A stretch of DNA of 64,000 nucleotides, taken from assembly GCA_963843145.1 (NCBI GenBank), contig CAWJJC010000028.1, positions 640,001 through 704,000 on the forward strand, written 5' to 3'. Shown here one piece after another: positions 47,747-57,487 of the stretch; position 1 is the first letter of the stretch; every line of letters begins with the position of its first letter. A program made the translations under genes and the position numbers. The stretch is from an uncultured delta proteobacterium (GTDB taxonomy: Bacteria; Desulfobacterota; RBG-13-43-22). Under the pieces are notes generated by a model. That model did not search any database, was not told the DNA's origin, and worked only from the letters and a program-made list of their open reading frames with translations.

Positions 47747-48967
47747 ATGAAGGCGATTCAGTCTGCCAAAATAATGAAAAAGATCATGGCCGATCACTTC
47801 CTGAATCTCGACCGGGCTGCCCGGGCGGGAAAACCCAAGGTGGCCTGGTGCACCAGCGTGGGACCGGCCGAACTGCTGCGGGGGATGGGTTTCCTGGTCT
47901 ATTTCCCCGAAAATCACGGGGCCATGCTGGGCGCCACCCGAATGGCCACGGAATTCATCCCCGTGGCCAATGCCAGGGGCTACTCGCCGGAGATCTGTTC
48001 TTACCTGACCAGCGATGTGGGATCCTACTTGAAAAAAACGACGCCTCTGACGAAAGCCTACGGGCTGGAGTCCGTTCCCCGGCCCGACGTGCTGGTCTTT
48101 AATACCAACCAGTGCCGGGATGTGAAGGATTGGTTTTCCTGGTACTCACGGGAACTGCAGGTGCCGGTGTTGGGAATCCATTCCTATCGCAATATCGGGA
48201 CCATCACCGAGCATGAAATACGGGATATTGCGGAACAGATCAAAGGCTTGATACCCACCCTGGAGGAGGTTAGCGGGGAAAAATTCGACCTGGACCGCTT
48301 CCGGGAGGCGGTGGGTCTCTCCCGGGATACCTCCCGGCTTTGGCGGGCCGTACTGGAGACCGCCGCCACCATTCCCTCTCCCTGGACCTTTTTTGACGCC
48401 ACCATTCATATGGGTCCGGCCGTGGTGGCCAGGGGCACCCGGGAGGCGGTGGATTACTATCGGATACTGCTAACGGAGCTCCAGCAACGGGTTAAAGACG
48501 GTGTGGCCGCCATCGAGGGGGAAAAGCACCGCCTGTACTGGGAGGGCATGCCCATCTGGGGGAAATTGCGTCCTTTGTCGGACCTACTGGAATCTCTCCG
48601 TACCTGTGTGGTGGCCTCCACCTACTGCAACAGTTGGATCTTCGATCAATTAGACCCCGACGATCCCTTCGATAGCATGGCCCGGGCCTATACCGAACTG
48701 TTTATCGTGCGGGATGAAAGCTACAAAGAGCAGTATATCCAGAATTGTTTTGAACGATTCAAATTTGACGGAATCCTCTTCCATGACGCCCGGACCTGCC
48801 CCAATAATTCCAACAGCCGCTATGGGATGCCGGAACGGCTGGCCCGCAAATTAGGGATATCCACGGTAACCATTAACGGGGATCTCAATGATTTGCGTTG
48901 TTACTCCGAAGAGCAGGCCAGGACCCAGATCGAAGCCTTTGTGGAACAGTTGGAGGAAAAGCGCTGA
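47747..48967 (+). CDS. 2-hydroxyacyl-CoA dehydratase / benzoyl-CoA reductase B-C family subunit (HGD-D)
   Basis: VAWCTS..PAELL, YFPEN, GYSPEICSY, NQC, RLYWEGMP, RTC, IEAF. Confidence 0.85.
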   Translation: MKAIQSAKIMKKIMADHFLNLDRAARAGKPKVAWCTSVGPAELLRGMGFLVYFPENHGAMLGATRMATEFIPVANARGYSPEICSYLTSDVGSYLKKTTPLTKAYGLESVPRPDVLVFNTNQCRDVKDWFSWYSRELQVPVLGIHSYRNIGTITEHEIRDIAEQIKGLIPTLEEVSGEKFDLDRFREAVGLSRDTSRLWRAVLETAATIPSPWTFFDATIHMGPAVVARGTREAVDYYRILLTELQQRVKDGVAAIEGEKHRLYWEGMPIWGKLRPLSDLLESLRTCVVASTYCNSWIFDQLDPDDPFDSMARAYTELFIVRDESYKEQYIQNCFERFKFDGILFHDARTCPNNSNSRYGMPERLARKLGISTVTINGDLNDLRCYSEEQARTQIEAFVEQLEEKR

Positions 48968-49084
48968 GCGCCCGGCGTATAGCGCCGAGCGCTAAATCCA
49001 AGACCAAAAGGGTTTAGGGAGTAAGCGTGCGGGTATGGGGGTTAGTACGTAAATAGACTCAATGAGTCTGCAACCCAGCGAAGC

Positions 49085-49211
49085 CAATAATCAATAATCA
49101 ATGGTTAATGATAAATTGATTATTAATATCATGCGGTTAGTAAGTTTCCGCATCCCTATTATTTTCATGCTTCGGGGTAACCCCCGGCGAGGCATGAGGG
49201 CTTAATACGAA
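49085..49211. repeat. composite AT-rich repeat element
   Basis: caataatcaataatcaat...attaatatcatgcggttag (reverse complement of 6347-6372), followed by tattttcatgcttcg...cttaatacgaaa, shared with 29600-29610 and 29788-29802. Confidence 0.6.
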
Positions 49212-49231
49212 AAGAACAAAACGAATATTAT

Positions 49232-50020
49232 ATGCCTAAAAACGAGATCTTCGCCGGTGTGGATGTAGGCTCATCGACTACCAAGGTGGTCTTGATCGAT
49301 GGGGAAAAGAATCTACTGGGTTGGGCGGTGCGAAAGTCGGGGACCGACCTGGCCAATATGGCTGAGCTTTGCCTCCGGGAGGCCCTGACCGCGGCCGGAA
49401 TCGAGGAGCGGCCCCATTACTTGAGGACGATCGCCACAGGGTATGGTCGAAAAAACGTCCCCTATCGGGAGGGGGACAAAACCGAGATCAGTTGCCACGC
49501 GAAAGGGTGCTATTTTTATTTTCCCGAGGCGATCACCGTGATTGATATCGGCGGGCAGGACAACAAGGTCATCCAACTGGATGAAAAAGGCCGGGGGATC
49601 AATTTTAAGATGAACCGGAAATGCGCGGCCGGGACCGGGGCCTTCTTAGAGGAAATGGCCCTGCGTCTGGATATCCCACTGGCCGAAATGAATCGATTGG
49701 CGGTTCAGTCCACCGACCTGGTGGAACTGGGAAGCTTCTGTACGGTTTTCTCGGCCACGGAAGTCCTGGAAAAGATCCGTCAGGGAAAGCTGGTCAGCGA
49801 TATCGTCAAGGGACTTTTTTTATCCGTGCTGAAAAGGGTTTTGGAAATGGACCTTTTGACCGAGCAGGTGGTCATGACCGGCGGGGTGGTGGCCTATAAC
49901 CCTTATTTGGTGGCCATGATGGCGGAATTAATCGAGCGGCCGATCAGGGTGCCGGAGCATCCCCAGCTCACCGGTGCCCTGGGGGCGGCCCTGTTTGCGG
50001 CGGAGGGGGCTTCAGCCTGA
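49232..50020 (+). CDS. acyl-CoA dehydratase activase (BadF/BadG/BcrA/BcrD ATPase, HgdC-like)
   Basis: GVDVGSSTTK, TGYGR, TEISCHAKG, IDIGGQDNK, MNRKCAAGTG, CTVF. Confidence 0.92.
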   Translation: MPKNEIFAGVDVGSSTTKVVLIDGEKNLLGWAVRKSGTDLANMAELCLREALTAAGIEERPHYLRTIATGYGRKNVPYREGDKTEISCHAKGCYFYFPEAITVIDIGGQDNKVIQLDEKGRGINFKMNRKCAAGTGAFLEEMALRLDIPLAEMNRLAVQSTDLVELGSFCTVFSATEVLEKIRQGKLVSDIVKGLFLSVLKRVLEMDLLTEQVVMTGGVVAYNPYLVAMMAELIERPIRVPEHPQLTGALGAALFAAEGASA

Positions 50021-50024
50021 AAAG

Positions 50025-50070
50025 AATAACAATTAATAATCAACAATCAATTGTTAATTATTAATTGTTA
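50025..50070. repeat. AT-rich heptamer inverted repeat
   Basis: taacaattaataatcaacaatcaattgttaattattaattgtta. Confidence 0.6.
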
Positions 50071-50190
50071 AGGTAAGAACAACCGGTTCGAGGTCCCTCG
50101 CGGGGAGGGATGGGGTGAGGGAGCCAAGGTCAGTAAAAGCTATTTACCTACTACAGGTTTAGAACATTACATAAAGAGGAGGAAGCAAAC

Positions 50191-51774
50191 ATGCTGAAAA
50201 CCCGATGGATCCATATGGGGACGGCGCTGAAAATGAACGCCATCAATTATCCGGATAAACTGGGCTGGCAGGACAAAAGCAAGGAATTCACCTTTAAAGA
50301 GTGGAACGAGCGATCCTGCCGGATGGCCCATGCGCTACGGAAAATGGGCGTTAACTACAAGGACCGGTTCGCCATCCTGGCTTTCAACCGGGGGGAATGG
50401 ATGGACATCTATGCCGCCTGCGCCAAGGGCGGGCAGATTGCCGTGCCGCTCATGTTTCGCCTGGCTCCACCGGATATCGAGTATATTGTCAACCATTCGG
50501 GTTGTCAGGCTTTTATCGTGGAAGAATCTTTTGTCTCGATGATCAACGAGATTAAGAGCAAACTTCCCGTTCCCGCCGGAAATTATATCTATTTGGGCGA
50601 GGGCCCGGCGCCCGAGGGGTATATCGGCTATGAGGACTGGCTGGCCCAGGCCTCTCCGAACGAACAGGATTACCTGGTGGATGCCGCCGATCCCTGGACC
50701 TTCATGTACACCTCCGGGACCACCGGAAGGCCCAAGGGCGTGGTGCGTTCCCACGAGGCCAATATGTCCATGTATTATCTGAACAACATCAATATGGGCG
50801 TTCAACCCACGGACAAGGTCATGCTGGTCATGCCCATGTGTCATGTGAACTCTATTTTCTATTCCTTTCCCTATACCTTGGTCAGCGCGCCGGTCTTTGT
50901 CTATAATCTGGTTTCTTTTGATCCGGTGGATCTGCTCCAGACCATCGAAAAATACCAGATTACCTTTACCTCCCTGGTACCCACCCACTACATCATGATT
51001 CTGTCTTTGCCGGAAGAGGTGAAAAATACCTACGATGTTTCCGCCATGCGGCAACTGCTGATTTCTTCGGCCCCGGCCCGCAAGGACCTGAAACTGGCCA
51101 TCATGCAGTATTTCAAGAATGCCGAGCTCTGGGAGGCTTACGGCTCCACCGAAGGCGGTCTGGTGACGCTGCTGCGACCCGAGGATCAGTTCAAGAAGCT
51201 GGGTTCCATCGGCCGGGAAATTTTCGGGACCGACCGGATCAAGGTTTTGGATGAAAACCGGCAGCCCGTTCCGGATGGTCAGGTGGGCGAACTCTTTTAC
51301 CGGACTCCGCACCTCTTCACCGAGTACTGGCAGGCCCCGGAAAAGACCCTGGAGGCGTTTGAGGGAGAATGGTCCACGGCCGGAGATATGGTCCGACGGG
51401 ATGAAGACGGCTATTATGTGCTGGTGGACCGCAAGGCCAACATGATCATCACCGGCGGCGAGAATGTCTATCCTTCCGAGGTGGAGAATGTGGTCGGCGG
51501 CCATCCGGCGGTAAAGGATGTGGCCATCATCGGAATCCCCGACGCCAAATGGGGCGAGGCCATCAAGGCGATAGTCATCCTGAACGAAGGCTACCAGGCA
51601 TCTCCGGAATTGCAGAAGGATATCATGAATTTTTGCAGCGGGAAGATTGCCGGGTACAAAAAGCCCAAGACCATTGATTTTATCAAGGATGATGAGATGC
51701 CGCGGACGGGTACCGGGAAAATCCTGCACCGCATGCTCCGCGAAAAATACGGCACCTGGAGCGACCAGCGTTAA
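50191..51774 (+). CDS. AMP-dependent acyl-CoA synthetase
   Basis: YTSGTTGRPKG, YGSTE, TAGD, DRKANMIITGGENVYP, PRTGTGK. Confidence 0.92.
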   Translation: MLKTRWIHMGTALKMNAINYPDKLGWQDKSKEFTFKEWNERSCRMAHALRKMGVNYKDRFAILAFNRGEWMDIYAACAKGGQIAVPLMFRLAPPDIEYIVNHSGCQAFIVEESFVSMINEIKSKLPVPAGNYIYLGEGPAPEGYIGYEDWLAQASPNEQDYLVDAADPWTFMYTSGTTGRPKGVVRSHEANMSMYYLNNINMGVQPTDKVMLVMPMCHVNSIFYSFPYTLVSAPVFVYNLVSFDPVDLLQTIEKYQITFTSLVPTHYIMILSLPEEVKNTYDVSAMRQLLISSAPARKDLKLAIMQYFKNAELWEAYGSTEGGLVTLLRPEDQFKKLGSIGREIFGTDRIKVLDENRQPVPDGQVGELFYRTPHLFTEYWQAPEKTLEAFEGEWSTAGDMVRRDEDGYYVLVDRKANMIITGGENVYPSEVENVVGGHPAVKDVAIIGIPDAKWGEAIKAIVILNEGYQASPELQKDIMNFCSGKIAGYKKPKTIDFIKDDEMPRTGTGKILHRMLREKYGTWSDQR

Positions 51775-51830
51775 ATTCTGACCTCCATTGTTCTGAGAAT
51801 TTGTCTCTAACAATGGCGGTCAGAATTTAA
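51772..51830. terminator. long hairpin between convergent genes
   Basis: ttaaattctgacctccattgtt...aacaatggcggtcagaatttaa. Confidence 0.6.
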
Positions 51831-51847
51831 AGAAAAAGACGTTTTGG

Positions 51848-53065
51848 CTAGATATATTTCGCCAAATTCAAAGCGCTTCGGGAAACGCCGAGTTGCACCT
51901 GGGGTTGGACCAGTTCCTGGGGGGTCCAAAAAAAAGGAATGAAAAGCAGGTCCGTCCGGCACCCTTCCGCCAGGGAGTCCGAAATCAGATCCGGAAGGGC
52001 CTCAGGATCCCTGGTCAGCGTGGACCAGATCAGGGGGACCACTTCACGGGCCTCTTCGGCCGGGAGCGTGACCGGGTGGAAAGAGCCCGGCAAGCGGGGG
52101 AGTTCAACGGGCAGGCCCGCGGTTTGGGCCTGAGACATTCTTTTTCCTAAAAGAAAAAAGAGCCGGGGGGCTATTTTGAAAGCCGGCAGCCAATAAACAG
52201 GGAAAGGGCCCCCCTGTTGCATAATCTTATAAGCCATCGTCCCGGGCAAGAGGGTGAACCTCCAGAAGGGTAAATAGAAAAGACCTTCGGGAATACCCGG
52301 GGCCTTGATGACCTCGTAGCCGATCTTCTTAAAGCCCTTTCCGCCGGGTTCCCAGGCCGAATCGCATTGAGGGCAGAAGAGGATACAGCTTTCATTTTCC
52401 GCCTCCAGATCCCATCCGCAATCGGGGCAGACCACCGGCAGAAAAGAGACCTTCCAGGAATAGTCACCATCGATGAGGGGCTGGGCAAAGAAGGGTTCCT
52501 TCTCTGCCGGTTGAATCGGTTGGTTCAAAACCGCATCGAACCAGTGGGACGACCTCCGGTAAAAAGGGGCGTAGATTACACTTTTCACCTCGCCGACATA
52601 GGCCCGGTCCTCAATAGCGGATGTCCGGGAAAAGGGTAGGGAAGAGGGTAGGGAAGATGATCCCGTCAGTACCGGAAAGCGTTGGAAGTCGAAAATATCC
52701 TGGTCGGCAGTCAGGCATCTTTCCCCTCGATTGAAGAGGGCCGGGCGCAGGTGCATTGCTTGGGGGCGCATTCCGAGTGAGCAGGGGAAAGGAATCTTCT
52801 TCAGGGCGAGAAAATTGTGGTCTATTACTTTGGAATCGACGGTCGGCCAGAGAAGATGGAAGAACATTCCTCGAAGTCGACCATAAGGCACAAAGAGAAT
52901 CTGGTCCGAGTCCGCTAAACGGGGATCCGGGGAAAGGCAGTAGCGAAAGTAGTCTTCCGGAACCAGGCAATTGCTGACCCGGCAGTAAGGGCAGGTCAAA
53001 ATCCGATCGGTTTCATTGATAACGGTCGGGGCGCCGCACTGGGGACAGGAATAGTCAATTTTCAT
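51848..53065 (-). CDS. hypothetical zinc-ribbon protein
   Basis: CPQCGAP..CPYC at the N-terminus; CPDCGWDL..CPQC internally; YLPFW. Confidence 0.75.
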   Translation of the reverse strand: MKIDYSCPQCGAPTVINETDRILTCPYCRVSNCLVPEDYFRYCLSPDPRLADSDQILFVPYGRLRGMFFHLLWPTVDSKVIDHNFLALKKIPFPCSLGMRPQAMHLRPALFNRGERCLTADQDIFDFQRFPVLTGSSSLPSSLPFSRTSAIEDRAYVGEVKSVIYAPFYRRSSHWFDAVLNQPIQPAEKEPFFAQPLIDGDYSWKVSFLPVVCPDCGWDLEAENESCILFCPQCDSAWEPGGKGFKKIGYEVIKAPGIPEGLFYLPFWRFTLLPGTMAYKIMQQGGPFPVYWLPAFKIAPRLFFLLGKRMSQAQTAGLPVELPRLPGSFHPVTLPAEEAREVVPLIWSTLTRDPEALPDLISDSLAEGCRTDLLFIPFFWTPQELVQPQVQLGVSRSALNLAKYI

Positions 53066-53110
53066 TTGAATATCCAATATCCAAGTGGGATTCAGGTTCA
53101 GCTCCACTTT

Positions 53111-53311
53111 CTAAGGGTTTAGGGAAATTTTTTCCCCGCACTGATTGCAGTGAACGGATCCCGGTAGATTTTCAGCCTGACAATGGGGACATTTCAATGG
53201 CCCCGGGGGAGTATCGACCGGTTGGCCGCAGCGGGGACAAAAGCGGTCTTGGGGGGTCAAGTTCTTAAAGCAGTGCGGGCACTGCTGAAGGACCAACATT
53301 GGAGAATTCAT
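53111..53311 (-). CDS. small double zinc-ribbon protein
   Basis: CPHC..FCPRCG..CPHC..HCNQCG. Confidence 0.7.
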   Translation of the reverse strand: MNSPMLVLQQCPHCFKNLTPQDRFCPRCGQPVDTPPGPLKCPHCQAENLPGSVHCNQCGEKISLNP

Positions 53312-53644
53312 CGGTTTTAAGGGTCCAGGTCTTTAACGGTGGTTGCCTGAGGCGGTTCCCCCTAGGGGGCTTCTAGGGTCGGACTGGGAGGCATCAGCAT
53401 CTGAGGACTGTGGTATTGTTTTAAATAATATTAGCAAGTTAGGCTCGAATTCGAACTCCGGACCATCTTGGGAAAACCGGTCGCCGAGACCCGGCGGCCA
53501 GATCAGATTAGCGGGGATACCCATCCTAAAAGGGCGGACAACATTAATACGATATCGATCGCTCGCGGTCTTGACGTCGGTAATGAGGCGCTGGTGGGGG
53601 ACCATTAAATGTCCGCTGTTGCCGGACAGAAGATAAAAATAAAC

Positions 53645-53673
53645 TTGCCAAAAAAGTTATAATGACGTAAAAT
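53645..53673 (+). promoter_or_regulatory. sigma70 promoter of rpsB
   Basis: TTGCCA-17-TAAAAT. Confidence 0.6.
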
Positions 53674-53693
53674 ATAAAATTTATTATATTTCT

Positions 53694-53752
53694 CACGCTT
53701 TTTCCCGCCCCGAGGGTGCTTAAAATAGGGGGAAAACCGGGAAAAGCGGCGG
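53694..53752 (+). promoter_or_regulatory. rpsB 5' leader (S2 autoregulatory/t44-like hairpin)
   Basis: cgctttttccc...GGGTGC...gggaaaagcg stem upstream of the AGGAGG RBS. Confidence 0.55.
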
Positions 53753-53775
53753 AAAAAACCCTAAAGGAGGAATCG

Positions 53776-54630
53776 ATGTCGTATCTGTCCATGAAGCAAT
53801 TGCTGGAGGCCGGGGTCCACTTTGGTCATCAAACCAAACGCTGGAACCCCAAGATGAAACCTTATATTTACGGGGCCCGGAATGGGATCTATATTATTGA
53901 TCTCCAAAAAACGGTCAACCTTTTTAAAACCGCCTATGAATTCATCGCGGATTGCGTGGCCCAGGGCGGGTCGGTTATTTTCGTCGGGACCAAGAAACAG
54001 GCGCAGGAATCGATTAAGGAGGAGACCGAGCGCTGCGCGATGTTTTATGTCAATCACCGCTGGTTGGGGGGCACCTTAACCAATTTTGTTACCATTCGCA
54101 AAGGGATCGAACGCTTGAAATACCTGGAAGGGATCATCGCCGACGGCAGCGTGCAGAAATTTACCAAAAAGGAAGCCTTGAACCTGGACCGGGAGCGGGA
54201 AAAACTGGAACGTAACTTGGGGGGCATCAAAGAGATGCAGGTCCTGCCTAAAGCCATGTTTGTCATCGATCCCCACAAGGAACGGATCGCGGTGCTGGAA
54301 GCTCGGAAATTAGGTATCCCTTTGGTGTCCATCGTGGATACCAACTGCGATCCCGATGAAATTGATTATATTATTCCGGGCAATGACGATGCCATTCGAG
54401 CGATTCGCCTGGTTACCGCCAAAATGGCCGATGCCTGTCTGGAAGGTAAGAAACGAATGGAAGAAAACCTCCAAGCCCAGATCGACAAGGAGGGTTTAGA
54501 GAAGGAGGAGTTACCTGAACCCGAGACGAAAATCCCGGAACCCGAAATCCGCAAGGAAGCCGGTGGTCCCGAGGTGATTATCATCCGCCGCTTGGAAGAG
54601 ACTACGAATCAGGGAGGTACGGAAAGTTGA
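53776..54630 (+). CDS. rpsB: 30S ribosomal protein S2
   Basis: [46 protein letters not shown]. Confidence 0.98.
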   Translation: MSYLSMKQLLEAGVHFGHQTKRWNPKMKPYIYGARNGIYIIDLQKTVNLFKTAYEFIADCVAQGGSVIFVGTKKQAQESIKEETERCAMFYVNHRWLGGTLTNFVTIRKGIERLKYLEGIIADGSVQKFTKKEALNLDREREKLERNLGGIKEMQVLPKAMFVIDPHKERIAVLEARKLGIPLVSIVDTNCDPDEIDYIIPGNDDAIRAIRLVTAKMADACLEGKKRMEENLQAQIDKEGLEKEELPEPETKIPEPEIRKEAGGPEVIIIRRLEETTNQGGTES

Positions 54631-55226
54631 ACATTACACCAGAATTAGTCAAAACCCTGCGGGAGAAGACCCAGGCCGGGATCATGGACTGCAAAGCGGC
54701 CTTGAAGGAGGCCGAAGGCGATATGGAAAAAGCGGTGGAGCACCTGCGCAAGAAAGGTTTGGCCACCGCGCAGAAACGGGCCGGCCGGGCCACTTCCCAG
54801 GGGCAAATCGGCGCCTACATCCATGCCGGAGGGAAGATGGGGGTCATGGTGGAGGTGAACTGCGAAACCGATTTTGTGGGCCGCACCGACCAATTCGGTG
54901 AATTCGTGCATAACATCGCCATGCATATCGCCGCCGCCAACCCGGTTTGTGTCCGCCGGGAAGAAATGCCGTCTGCGGTAGTCGAAAAGGAAAAGGAAAT
55001 CTACCGAGCCCAAGCCCAGGAGACCGGCAAACCGGAGAAGGTGATTGAAAAGATCGTGGAGGGCAAGGTAGATAAATTTTTTAAGGACTCCTGTTTGCTG
55101 GAGCAGGCCTATGTCAAGAATCCGGATATTACCATTACGGATTACCTCAATGACACGATTGCCCAGACCGGTGAAAGTATCACCATCCGCCGCTTCGCCC
55201 GATTCGTTTTGGGGGAAGAAGCTTAA
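54627..55226 (+). CDS. tsf: elongation factor Ts (short form)
   Basis: [31 protein letters not shown]; TTG start. Confidence 0.97.
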   Translation: MNITPELVKTLREKTQAGIMDCKAALKEAEGDMEKAVEHLRKKGLATAQKRAGRATSQGQIGAYIHAGGKMGVMVEVNCETDFVGRTDQFGEFVHNIAMHIAAANPVCVRREEMPSAVVEKEKEIYRAQAQETGKPEKVIEKIVEGKVDKFFKDSCLLEQAYVKNPDITITDYLNDTIAQTGESITIRRFARFVLGEEA

Positions 55227-55235
55227 GGAGTGTCC

Positions 55236-55958
55236 ATGGCCGGGACCCGGAAAAAATTTACACGAGTGCTTTTGAAGATGAGCGGTGAAGCCCTGGCCGG
55301 TGATCGGGGTTACGGACTTGACGTCCGGGTGGTGAATAAGATCGCGCAAGAGATCAAGGAAGTGACGGCTCTGGGGACCCGTTTAGGCATCGTGGTCGGC
55401 GGGGGAAATATCTTTCGGGGGGTGGCGGCCAGTGCCCGGGGGATGGATCGGATTCAGGCCGATTACCTGGGCATGCTGGCTACCCTCTTTAACGCGGTAG
55501 CCATCCGGGAGACATTGCTGACCTTTAAGGTGCCGGCGATCGTCCTGTCTTCTCTGCCCATCCCGGCCCTGGCCGAGACCTACTACCCTCAGGTTGGCCG
55601 GGCGGAATTGGATCAAGGCAAGGTTTTGCTGCTGGCCGCCGGAACGGGCAATCCTTATTTTACTACCGACACGGCAGCGGCCTTACGAGCGGCCGAATTG
55701 GGGGCTCAGGTCATCCTGAAAGCCACGCAGGTGGACGGTGTCTATGACGACGATCCCCGGATCAACCCCCAGGCCAAGCTGTATCAGGAAATGAATTATG
55801 ACCGGTATCTCCAGGGACGACTGGAGGTGATGGACGCTACGGCCGTTTCCCTGGCCCGTGAAAACCGGATACCCATAATCGTGTTTAACGGGATGGTCAA
55901 GGGAAACTTGAAAAAAATCATCACCGGCGCTAAAGTCGGGACCATCATCAAGGGGTGA
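55236..55958 (+). CDS. pyrH: UMP kinase
   Basis: RVLLKMSGEAL, GGGNIFRG, GTGNPYFTTD, VDGVY. Confidence 0.97.
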   Translation: MAGTRKKFTRVLLKMSGEALAGDRGYGLDVRVVNKIAQEIKEVTALGTRLGIVVGGGNIFRGVAASARGMDRIQADYLGMLATLFNAVAIRETLLTFKVPAIVLSSLPIPALAETYYPQVGRAELDQGKVLLLAAGTGNPYFTTDTAAALRAAELGAQVILKATQVDGVYDDDPRINPQAKLYQEMNYDRYLQGRLEVMDATAVSLARENRIPIIVFNGMVKGNLKKIITGAKVGTIIKG

Positions 55959-55962
55959 AGGC

Positions 55963-56128
55963 TGATGGACTCGCCAAGAGTCGGTCAGCAGCCCGAGCGC
56001 GAATGAGCGCCGGGCTGGGGTGGGGGTGGAACCATTTGAATTCACTTCCAATGGCGGGGGAGTCACGCCTTAGGCGTGATCCCCCGCCGAGCAGAAAGTC
56101 GTTTTTTGACTTTTTGCGAGGTTATCAA
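55963..56128. mobile_element. MITE-like dispersed element, copy 2
   Basis: Imperfect 20-bp terminal inverted repeats tgatggactcgccaagagtc / gactttttgcgaggttatca; matches 4412-4569. Confidence 0.78.
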
Positions 56129-56130
56129 AT

Positions 56131-56688
56131 ATGATCGAAAAAGTATACCAAGAGACCAGGGATAAAATGGAAAAGGCCCTGGAGGCCCTGAAAAAAGAGT
56201 TAAACCGGGTTCGAACCGGCCGGGCCACACCGGCCATTTTGGATGGGATTCGGGTGGTCTATTACGGGAGCCCGGTTCCGCTGAATCAAGTGGCTTCCGT
56301 GGCGGTGCCGGACAGCCGTCAGATTACCATTCAGCCTTGGGACCTCAAGGCCATCGGGGATATTGAAAAAGCTATTCTCAAATCGGAGTTGGGGTTGAAC
56401 CCGATCAATGACGGTAAAATCATCCGGATCAATATCCCCAGTCTGACCGAGGAACGCCGGCGGGATCTGGTTAAAGTGACCAAAAAGATGACTGAAGAAG
56501 CCCGTGTGGTTTCGCGCAATATCCGGCGGGAGGCCAACGAAGCCCTAAAGTCCTTGAAGAAGGACAAGGCCATTTCTGAAGACGACCTTTTTAAGGCGCA
56601 GGATGAGGTGCAAAAAATCACCAAAGAAACTATTGAACGGGTCGATAAGATCGGGGAAGAGAAAGAAAAAGAGATCATGCAGTTTTAA
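56131..56688 (+). CDS. frr: ribosome recycling factor
   Basis: [30 protein letters not shown]. Confidence 0.97.
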   Translation: MIEKVYQETRDKMEKALEALKKELNRVRTGRATPAILDGIRVVYYGSPVPLNQVASVAVPDSRQITIQPWDLKAIGDIEKAILKSELGLNPINDGKIIRINIPSLTEERRRDLVKVTKKMTEEARVVSRNIRREANEALKSLKKDKAISEDDLFKAQDEVQKITKETIERVDKIGEEKEKEIMQF

Positions 56689-56715
56689 TTTCTTTCCGAG
56701 TGGGGTGTTCCTTCC

Positions 56716-57477
56716 TTGCCAAAGATCGATCCGGAAAAATTGCCCAGACACATTGCCGTCATCATGGACGGTAATGGACGCTGGGCCCAACAACGTGCTC
56801 TGCCCAGGATAGCCGGCCACCGGGCCGGGGTGGAGGCCGTACGCCAGACCGTCGAGACCTGCCGGGAATTAGGTGTTTCGGTTTTGACCCTGTACGCTTT
56901 TTCCAGGGAAAACTGGCAGCGCCCCAAGTGGGAAGTCAAGGCCCTCATGGGACTCCTCTCTCAATACCTGCGTTCCGAAATAAAAAAACTGAAGCAAAAC
57001 GACATTTCTTTGAGGGCCATCGGGAATCTGAGCCAGCTTCCCGACAAGGTCCGCGAGCTCCTGGCCCGGGCGGGCGAGCAAACCGCGGCCTGTCGGACTA
57101 TGGTTTTGAATCTGGCCCTCAGTTACAGCGGGCGCTCGGAAATCATCCAGGCGGTCCGGAACCTGGTCCAGGATGTGCGGCTGGGAAAGGTGGATGCCGA
57201 GGAGATCGACGAAGTGCTATTTGAAAAGTACCTTTACACCCGGGGGTTGCCCGATCCGGACCTGTTGATCCGAACCAGCGGGGAATACCGACTCAGCGAT
57301 TTTCTGATCTATCAACTGGCCTATGCCGAAATTTACGTCACCAAAACCCTCTGGCCCGATTTCCGGAAAAAGGACCTGGTAGCCGCGATCAGCGAATACC
57401 AAAACCGGGAACGAAGATTCGGGTTGACCGGAGAACAAATTCGACGGCAGAATAATCTCTCCGCCATACGGTCCTGA
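56716..57477 (+). CDS. uppS: undecaprenyl diphosphate synthase
   Basis: HIAVIMDGNGRWA, YAFSRENW.RP, DLLIRTSGE.RLSDF. Confidence 0.96.
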   Translation: MPKIDPEKLPRHIAVIMDGNGRWAQQRALPRIAGHRAGVEAVRQTVETCRELGVSVLTLYAFSRENWQRPKWEVKALMGLLSQYLRSEIKKLKQNDISLRAIGNLSQLPDKVRELLARAGEQTAACRTMVLNLALSYSGRSEIIQAVRNLVQDVRLGKVDAEEIDEVLFEKYLYTRGLPDPDLLIRTSGEYRLSDFLIYQLAYAEIYVTKTLWPDFRKKDLVAAISEYQNRERRFGLTGEQIRRQNNLSAIRS

Positions 57478-57487
57478 GGGAACGGTT

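Noticed and set aside
47747-50020. Class I benzoyl-CoA reductase call
   Set aside because: Only one B/C-type and one ATPase subunit are present, with no recognisable dedicated ring-cleavage genes nearby, so only a family-level call is kept.
50335-51813. Long antisense ORFs (this 492-aa one, also 32914-34311, 7708-8775, 815-1813 and 22591-23751)
   Set aside because: They shadow well-supported genes on the opposite strand, are expected from GC-rich codon usage, and lack recognisable motifs.
53333-53636. Overlapping 90-97 aa ORFs on both strands upstream of rpsB
   Set aside because: No motifs on either strand, so neither can be supported as a gene.
54627-55226. EF-Ts of only 199 aa
   Set aside because: Short EF-Ts is a known normal form in several bacterial lineages.
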